Assembly (NCBI GenBank): GCA_044345405.1
Contig: JBIJBE010000052.1
Location: forward strand, 1-21,606
Reading direction: 5' to 3'
Origin: Bdellovibrionota bacterium
Lineage (GTDB): Bacteria > Bdellovibrionota_C > UBA2361 > OMII01
Length of the DNA: 21,606 nt
Made by a program: the position numbers and the translations under genes. Shown piece after piece: positions 15,494 to 21,606 of the stretch (the stretch's first letter is position 1; each line of letters opens with the position of its first letter). Under the pieces are notes generated by a model. The model was not told the DNA's origin. It made no database searches and saw only the letters and a list, made by a program, of their open reading frames with translations.

Positions 15494-15955
15494 CTACTGA
15501 GGCATCTCATCTCGAAGACTTCCAGCGACGCCCGGATCTTCAAGTGCCCGGTCGATACAATCCCATGCGAGCAAGGCACACTTAATACGAGCGGAGTGAC
15601 GCTTCACCCCCTCAAGAGCGAGCGCGTCACCGAGATCGTTAAGGGCGTCACCCTCAACTTGGCTTTTAATCATTCCGCGGAAGAGGCCCGAAAGACGCCG
15701 AGCCTCATCTTTGGTCTTCCCTCGAATAAGCTCCGCCATGAGAGACGCGGTAGCCTGACTGATCGAGCATCCGTGACCATCGAAGGCGATCTCAGCGATC
15801 GTCTCACCAGAGAATTTGAGGGTCAGGGAGATCTGATCGCCACAGAGAGGATTCGTCAGATCAACCTTTCGATCAGGGTTGAGCAAAACCCCTTTGCAAC
15901 GAGGACTCTTGTAATGATCCAGGATTAATTCCTGGTACACTTCATCTAAGTTCAC
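15494..15955 (-). CDS. sufU: SUF-type NifU-family Fe-S assembly/sulfur-transfer protein
   Basis: YQELILDHYKSPR, NPLCGD, GCSISQATAS and RIKCALL (three conserved Cys plus Asp), with the SufU-type insertion. The GTG start overlaps the upstream stop (GTGA). Confidence 0.9.
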   Translation of the reverse strand: MNLDEVYQELILDHYKSPRCKGVLLNPDRKVDLTNPLCGDQISLTLKFSGETIAEIAFDGHGCSISQATASLMAELIRGKTKDEARRLSGLFRGMIKSQVEGDALNDLGDALALEGVKRHSARIKCALLAWDCIDRALEDPGVAGSLRDEMPQ

Positions 15956-16305
15956 AACGAGTTCTCCATACCGCTACCTTGGTGCGCAATCAGAGCTTGC
16001 GCGGCGTCAAGAAGAAACGCCAGTCGAAGCAATCCCTCAGGCTCGCCCGAGAGGGTCACTCGCCCGGTCATGTACGCCTTTTGCAAGGTCATCTTTCCAG
16101 CAACTAAATCGGAAAAATCCTCGCTGCTTCCCGATATCCAACACGAAGCGGCGCTGCCATCCGTAATACGACCGAAGAGAAGATCGAGCCCAACCTTAGC
16201 GCCACCAACCTCGAACCCAACCTCAAGAGGCACGAGCTCAGGGATCTGAGGCGACGCGGCCGCCAGCGAAGCAAGCTCAACTATCCATTTCTCTTGGCTA
16301 CTCAT
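15952..16305 (-). CDS. SCP2 (sterol carrier protein-2) lipid-binding domain protein, 117 aa
   Basis: ISGSSEDFSDLVAGKMTLQKAYMTGRVTLSGEPEGLLRL is the SCP2 C-terminal signature. The ATG at 16305 is preferred over the TTG at 16404. Confidence 0.8.
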   Translation of the reverse strand: MSSQEKWIVELASLAAASPQIPELVPLEVGFEVGGAKVGLDLLFGRITDGSAASCWISGSSEDFSDLVAGKMTLQKAYMTGRVTLSGEPEGLLRLAFLLDAAQALIAHQGSGMENSL

Positions 16306-16311
16306 GAGCTG

Positions 16312-16340
16312 ATAATGCCCGTGATTCCGTGGTTTGTCAC
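16312..16340 (-). promoter_or_regulatory. Putative sigma70 promoter giving a leaderless SCP2-sufU mRNA
   Basis: GTGACA-17 nt-CATTAT-6 nt-ATG, with no SD before the ATG. Confidence 0.5.
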
Positions 16341-16480
16341 CTAGGGGTACCCAGCTTGGACAGCTGTTTCGCCGGCATTTTTCGGTTTTTCCAATGAAAA
16401 GCACGCCTCATGCGCACACCGACCGTGGAAGGAGCCGATTCGTGGGGTATGCCCCTCACGGCGAACGCGACCAGATCTGC

Positions 16481-17488
16481 CTACGCTTGCGTTCCAGAGG
16501 AGAGGCTATGAATGAGTTGCTCAAGGCTCTGCACCTCTGGATAGATCCCCAGAAGGTTGCGGCCTGCTTCCTTAGCCTTGCTCGCTATCAAAAGAGCCGC
16601 CACCTTATCCCCAGACAACGCGTAGGCTCGGGCCAATGTGTGCATCTCATGCATGCCAGACCAACCGGTCGCTTGGCACGCTCGAGTCGCCAATTGAATA
16701 GCGTACTCAGGTTCGAAGTTCGAGCCCGGTCGCAGGTACGAGAGCGCGAGAAGTCGCAACACCTTAGGATGTTCTGGAGAGACCGTGAGAGCTCGATGCA
16801 GGTGGTGACGCGCGTAAGCGGTCTTTCCTTCTTCGAGCAACACGTTGGCGAACGCCACCACAGCTTCAAAGGGACCTCTATCTTTCGAAGCCAACGCGGC
16901 GAGATCATCTCTTGCCTCCCCTAAATCGCCGTCCTGCATCTTTAAACGCGCGCGAGCGACCTCAAGGCGCGGCGCCGCCTCCGGCTCACAGTGCATATCT
17001 CGAAGAAGATCTCTCGCTTCACTAAGGAGTGGCCCAACCCCAGAGCTCTCAACAGCGGCGGTCACGAAGAGTGTTACTAATTCAGGATCTGCGGGAATAG
17101 TCGCCAACGCGGTTCGGATCGTCCATGCGGCTTCAACCGAGTGCCCGAGCCATAACTGCAAACGAGCGAGACGAACATACGGCTCGCGCTCGTGCTTTGA
17201 AATCACGCTCGCCTGTCTAAGGTACCGCTCAGCTTCTTCGAATTGCTTCAAGCGAAAGAGACAGTGTGAAAGATCAAGGAGCGCGTTCATGCGCGCGGGA
17301 TGTCGCGGGTGAGACGCGAGGCCCGCCTTGTAGAGTTCGGCCGCCTCCTCATAACGCCCAAGTCGGTAGAGACTCGCTGCTTTCACCCATGGACGAACGG
17401 GCAACGAGCCCCATCGCTGAATCCACTCTTTGTGTAGGTTAAAGCTCGCTTTAAGTTTTGAAACTGCCTTCATGTACCGACGCTCCAT
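16481..17488 (-). CDS. Tetratricopeptide-repeat protein
   Basis: Repeated TPR-like helices (ASLYRLGRYEEAAELY, LSHCLFRLKQFEEAERYL, FANVLLEEGKTAYARHHL, LARAYALSGDKVAA). Confidence 0.85.
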   Translation of the reverse strand: MERRYMKAVSKLKASFNLHKEWIQRWGSLPVRPWVKAASLYRLGRYEEAAELYKAGLASHPRHPARMNALLDLSHCLFRLKQFEEAERYLRQASVISKHEREPYVRLARLQLWLGHSVEAAWTIRTALATIPADPELVTLFVTAAVESSGVGPLLSEARDLLRDMHCEPEAAPRLEVARARLKMQDGDLGEARDDLAALASKDRGPFEAVVAFANVLLEEGKTAYARHHLHRALTVSPEHPKVLRLLALSYLRPGSNFEPEYAIQLATRACQATGWSGMHEMHTLARAYALSGDKVAALLIASKAKEAGRNLLGIYPEVQSLEQLIHSLSSGTQA

Positions 17489-17571
17489 ACTACTGGCTTA
17501 CGTGTACACAGACTCGTAAGCGTGCTAGAGACTAATCAGCACGAAAAGAGCCCCTGCTTCAGGAAATATAG

Positions 17572-18987
17572 ATGAGCGATATCAACACCCTACAGAGTGA
17601 CCTTGCGACTCAACTTGCCGACTACCAGATCCTCGCAGACGAGCAATCTAAGCAGTTCTACGGGCGTGATTGGATTAAAGATTTTCCAGCGGCGCCAAGC
17701 CTCGTTGTGCTTCCAGAGACAGTTGAGCAGGTACAGTTCGTAGTCTCCACCTGCGCGAAGCACGGAGTCGCTATCGTTCCCTCTGGAGGCCGTACAGGTC
17801 TCAGTGGAGGCGCGACCGCGTCTCACGGTGAGGTCATCCTTTCGCTTGAACGGATGCGCGCGGTGCTTGAGGTCAATCCGATCGATCGCACCATCCGATG
17901 CCAAGCGGGCGCTCAGTTGGAGCGTATTCAACTTGAAGCGACACAACACGACCTCTACTTCCCCGTTGATTTCTCAAGCCGTGGCTCAGCTCAGATTGGG
18001 GGCAACATCGCGACCAACGCCGGGGGGATCCGCGTTATCCGCTACGGCAATATGCGGGAATGGGTGGTTGGGCTCAAAGTTGTGACGGGTCGGGGCGAGA
18101 TCCTGGAGCTCAACGGCTCACTGTGGAAGAACAACACCGGATACGATCTTAGATCCCTCTTCATTGGATCAGAGGGAACCCTCGGCATTATCGTAGAGGC
18201 TACCCTCAAACTTACGACCCCTCCCAGAGACACGACCCGCGTGCTGTGCGGACTCGCCTCAAACGACGCGATACTTCCCCTGCTCACCTATTGTCGCGGC
18301 AAGCTCCGCGATCTCTCCGCGTTTGAGTTCATCGACAGTACCGCGTTCGGAGAAGTTATTAAGCACCGTCAACTTCGAAATCCCCTCTCCGACACCTACC
18401 CCGCCTACGTGCTTGTTGAGTGCGAGCTCAATACCCCGAACTCGATGGAGCAGGTCACCGAGGCGTTCGGCGAAGCGTATGAGAAGGGCATGATCGTTGA
18501 TGTCGTTGTCAGTGAATCGAGCGCACAAGCGCAGGAGCTCATGAACATTCGCGACCTGATCAGTGAAACGCTCTCGATGCACTACACCTTGCACAAGAAT
18601 GATATCTCAGTGCCGGTCCCCGCGATCCCAGCGTTTTTACACGAGCTCCACGAATCGATTACCCAAGCATACGCGGGCTTTAAAGTGGTTGTGTTCGGTC
18701 ACGTCGGAGATGGGAACCTCCATGTGAATGTCTTAAAGCCCGCTGAGATCACCGATGACGCGTTCTGGAGGAGCTGCCACGACTCCGACCAAACGATCTT
18801 CACGACCGTGCGGAAATTTAGGGGAAGCATCTCAGCCGAACACGGCGTTGGGATGCTCAAGCGAGATTTCATTCACTTCTCTCGAACCGCTGAGGAGCTG
18901 GAGATGATGCGTGGGATCAAAGCGGTCTTTGATCCGCGTAACATTATGAACCCTGGCAAGGTGCTGCCGCCGGCAACCGTACTATAA
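17572..18987 (+). CDS. FAD-linked D-2-hydroxyacid dehydrogenase (D-2-hydroxyglutarate dehydrogenase/GlcD-like)
   Basis: PSGGRTGLSGGA, IGGNIATNAGG, KNNTGYDL, GSEGTLG, FGHVGDGNLH, SISAEHGVG and FDPRNIMNPGK motifs. Confidence 0.9.
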   Translation: MSDINTLQSDLATQLADYQILADEQSKQFYGRDWIKDFPAAPSLVVLPETVEQVQFVVSTCAKHGVAIVPSGGRTGLSGGATASHGEVILSLERMRAVLEVNPIDRTIRCQAGAQLERIQLEATQHDLYFPVDFSSRGSAQIGGNIATNAGGIRVIRYGNMREWVVGLKVVTGRGEILELNGSLWKNNTGYDLRSLFIGSEGTLGIIVEATLKLTTPPRDTTRVLCGLASNDAILPLLTYCRGKLRDLSAFEFIDSTAFGEVIKHRQLRNPLSDTYPAYVLVECELNTPNSMEQVTEAFGEAYEKGMIVDVVVSESSAQAQELMNIRDLISETLSMHYTLHKNDISVPVPAIPAFLHELHESITQAYAGFKVVVFGHVGDGNLHVNVLKPAEITDDAFWRSCHDSDQTIFTTVRKFRGSISAEHGVGMLKRDFIHFSRTAEELEMMRGIKAVFDPRNIMNPGKVLPPATVL

Positions 18988-19206
18988 CACCCGCAAAGCA
19001 AGCTTGGAGAGTTCTGCCTCTAGCCTTCCTGTTGGGCTTACTCGTTCGCCCGGCTTTGGAATGGATACCCGGTACTGCCCCATGCCCCGCCAACACTATC
19101 AGGGCTATACCCCTCTTTTTAAGGGGCTATGTTACACGGACTGCTAAACTAGCATACCTCGTACATGCGGCTACAAAGGGTAGTCTGCGGGTTTTGACGA
19201 GGTTTT

Positions 19207-21087
19207 ATGAACATGTTCACGTCCCCAAGACGGCTCGGGATCCACTTCTTCATTTCGCCGCTGGCGGTTCGCGTCACCTTCTTAGCGTTACTCGTCGTTC
19301 TTCCTACCTTCCGCTCGACCTCAGCGGCGCCGATTCAAATGCAACCGATGCCGTCGACATCACCGACACCTTTGCAGGGAGTCGCAACTACCCCTGCTCC
19401 GGTAACCGTTACCTACTACGTGAGCGACGAGTCTCATGCCAGCGATACGCATTCCGGAATATCACGGGAGCGACCGCTCAAGACCCTCCAAGCCGCTAAC
19501 TTACGAGTAAAGCCCGGAGACATAGTGAAGATCGGCCCGGGGACCTATCGCCAACGCCTGAAGATCACGACTAGTGGCACGTCCGAGAAACCGATTAATT
19601 GGATCGTTGAGCAACCCCAAAAAACCGTATTCACGGGGGCGGATATCGTACCAACTGTTACCCATGAGGGAAGCGGCATCTACTCGTTTCCCTTCCCACA
19701 CGTTTTTATCAGCTGGTGCGATAAGCTGAACTCCATCGGCGAACCGATGCTCTCTCACCCTTGTGACCCCTATCACGAATTACGGGGCCGGGCCGAGCAG
19801 GTAATCGTAGAGGGAGAGCTCCTGGAGCAGGTCCTCAAGTCACCTGATCAACTCGCCCCTGGAGAATTCTATGTCTCGTTCAAAGATAAGAAGATCTACC
19901 TCAGGGATCGCTACAACCGAGATTTGACCGTCCTCGCTGCCAACTCACATATCGAGACCTCTACGCGCGATACGGTGATCCACCTCAAAGCGAGCTACAA
20001 CCACCTTCGAGGATTTCACGTTCGATACGCGGCCAACAGAGCGCAGCAGGGCGCTGTTATGGTGGACGGCGTTTACACCGATTTCAACGTGCTTAGGCGC
20101 ATGAAGATCGAGAAAACGAGCGGTGATGGACTCTCGATGAACGGCAAGAGGCTTATGGTTATGGACTCCGTTTTCTCAGAGAACGAGAGTGTCGGCGTAT
20201 CGGGAGGAGGACTTTTTCAACTCGCCTTCATCAACAATCAGGTGATTCGAAACAATACCAAGCGGTTCTACTCCGGTTGGCAAGCGGGCGGCATGAAGAT
20301 CTGCTGGTCTAGAAACTCCCTTTTCAGAGAGAACGTTTTTGAGGAGAACTACGCTGGCCCCGGCCTGTGGTTCGATATCAGCGTTGACTTCGTCGAGATC
20401 GATCACAACGTGTTCAACAACAATGACGAGGCTGGTCTGTACTATGAGATATCCTCGAACCCTATTATTCACGACAACCTCATCATCGGAAACGGACATC
20501 GGACCCAGCATGACGCTTGGGGCGCGGATGGAGGGTTGTCCCTATCGAGCTCTCACGGCGCGAAGGTGTTCCGCAATATCTTTGTGAACAATAGAGAAAA
20601 CCTTCAATTCAGGGAGATGCCCCGAACGACCCCCATCTTCAATTCGAACTGGACCATCCAAGGAGAGACAGAGATGTGGAACCATCATCACTCCATTCGA
20701 GACAACTATTTCTTGAATAAAGAGCGAAGGCCTCATGTGTCCGGATGGTTCAACGTAACAGACGGCCGTCATTGGCCGACCACCTCAGAGTCTCGCCCGG
20801 CTACTCGGCCAGCTCCGAGCACTGATGGCAAGGGGCCTCTTGAGAGCCTCGCCCTCGAATTCGCTAACAACCAGTACTCAAAGACCGAGCTTAACGTCCC
20901 GGCTATCGTCTGGGGGCCGTACTGGAGCTACCGAGAGCAGTATCAGAGCGTCTCCGATGGCCAGAGATTCCTTGGCATATTTCCGACCGATCGCGAGTTA
21001 CTTGGGACGGACCTCGTACCCGTGGTTAAACAGGAGATGCTAAAGATGGGGCCGTTCATCAGCTCTTACGCAGGATTGGTCAACTAG
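19207..21087 (+). CDS. Secreted right-handed parallel beta-helix protein (pectin-lyase-like fold, DUF1565-type N-terminus)
   Basis: N-terminal hydrophobic segment, P/T linker, YYVS...PLKTLQAA...PGDIVKIGPGTY, and Asn-ladder repeats (ENVFEEN, HNVFNNN, DNLIIGN, RNIFVNN). Confidence 0.85.
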   Translation: MNMFTSPRRLGIHFFISPLAVRVTFLALLVVLPTFRSTSAAPIQMQPMPSTSPTPLQGVATTPAPVTVTYYVSDESHASDTHSGISRERPLKTLQAANLRVKPGDIVKIGPGTYRQRLKITTSGTSEKPINWIVEQPQKTVFTGADIVPTVTHEGSGIYSFPFPHVFISWCDKLNSIGEPMLSHPCDPYHELRGRAEQVIVEGELLEQVLKSPDQLAPGEFYVSFKDKKIYLRDRYNRDLTVLAANSHIETSTRDTVIHLKASYNHLRGFHVRYAANRAQQGAVMVDGVYTDFNVLRRMKIEKTSGDGLSMNGKRLMVMDSVFSENESVGVSGGGLFQLAFINNQVIRNNTKRFYSGWQAGGMKICWSRNSLFRENVFEENYAGPGLWFDISVDFVEIDHNVFNNNDEAGLYYEISSNPIIHDNLIIGNGHRTQHDAWGADGGLSLSSSHGAKVFRNIFVNNRENLQFREMPRTTPIFNSNWTIQGETEMWNHHHSIRDNYFLNKERRPHVSGWFNVTDGRHWPTTSESRPATRPAPSTDGKGPLESLALEFANNQYSKTELNVPAIVWGPYWSYREQYQSVSDGQRFLGIFPTDRELLGTDLVPVVKQEMLKMGPFISSYAGLVN

Positions 21088-21298
21088 AACACTCTACTTT
21101 GACCTACTCTGGCTCCGGAGGACGGAAGTGCTTAAGCGGGTGCGTAGTGATCTTTAGTGCATGACCTTTTTCACTGCCCTGTAGACACTCTTTTGGCCGG
21201 GCAATTATCGTATCGCACGACAAAAACCGCGGTGTAAGGTCATGTTTTGTCGGACGGGTCTTCCTGTGATCGAAAAATAAACGTGACTCTGCCCCCCA

Positions 21299-21606
21299 TT
21301 ACGCAGTAATGGGCAAAGGAAAAGTAAATCCAGGAGGAAACCAAGGAGTAAAGGTCCCCGGGGGCCACTCTACACGGAGCCCCTCCTTAGCTTTTCGATA
21401 ACACTCTCGACAACGGTCGAGGATCTGCCTGAAGCGTTCAAGGAGCTCCAATCGTAGCTCCCTGTCTCCACAGATAAGGTGGATCTTCCGTTCTTTTTTC
21501 TTAGGCGTGTGAGGCTTCAGGTAAGGCTCCCTAACTTGCACGGAACGTGGAACACTTCTCTTCCCGGCGGCTAAACGTGCCTCAGCGCTTGCTCGTTCGG
21601 TCTCTC
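21299..21606 (-). mobile_element. C-terminal part of a probable Y1 (IS200-like/RAYT-like) transposase-family protein; runs off the right edge
   Basis: The frame is open to the window edge: ...ETERASAEARLAAGKRS...HTPKKKERKIHLICGDRELR...CYRKAKEGLRVEWPPGTFTPWFPP. From memory, this tail resembles long Y1-transposase-like proteins of Myxococcota/Bdellovibrionota. The catalytic HUH/Tyr domain is not in the window. Confidence 0.5.

Noticed and set aside
16345-16480. Possible ncRNA or riboswitch between the TPR and SCP2 genes
   Set aside because: Only short hairpins are present (e.g. CGTGAGGGGCATACCCCACG and a weak terminator-like stem with TTTT on the minus strand). No family motif is recognisable.

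Overview
This is a 21.6 kb bacterial chromosomal window. The gene order and protein types resemble a deltaproteobacterial or Bdellovibrionota-like lineage; this is inference only. Bases 1-8025 (minus strand) hold a flagellar rod/ring cluster: a DUF2802/SwrB-like gene, then flgF-flgG-flgA-flgH-flgI-flgJ(rod-binding domain only)-flgM-flgN-flgK(partial), with sigma54-type promoters. The rest of the window, in order: a class-V aminotransferase-hemF pair; a five-unit GGAG-type REP array; a Zn alcohol dehydrogenase; a divergent ilvA; an orphan NarL/LuxR response regulator; yceI; an overlapping SCP2-sufU pair; a TPR protein; a D-2-hydroxyacid (D2HGDH-like) dehydrogenase; a secreted beta-helix protein; and the 3' end of a probable Y1 (IS200-like/RAYT-like) transposase. 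Four unannotated signals stand out. (1) A 27-codon Ser/Ile-rich leader peptide (MSQSRSSTSSISCLAMLSIAAHIIIAI), probably leaderless, lies upstream of ilvA. Its stop codon begins a long hairpin with no U-tail, followed by a C-rich tract, so it is a candidate Rho-dependent isoleucine attenuator. (2) A palindromic sigma54 site fits GG-N10-GC on both strands between the flagellar operon and the aminotransferase-hemF pair, with nearby IHF-like and FleQ-like boxes. (3) The REP array shows compensatory base changes, and its spacer motif recurs at the transposase 3' end. (4) SCP2-sufU forms a leaderless, translationally coupled unit next to yceI. All protein calls come from motif recognition, not database searches.
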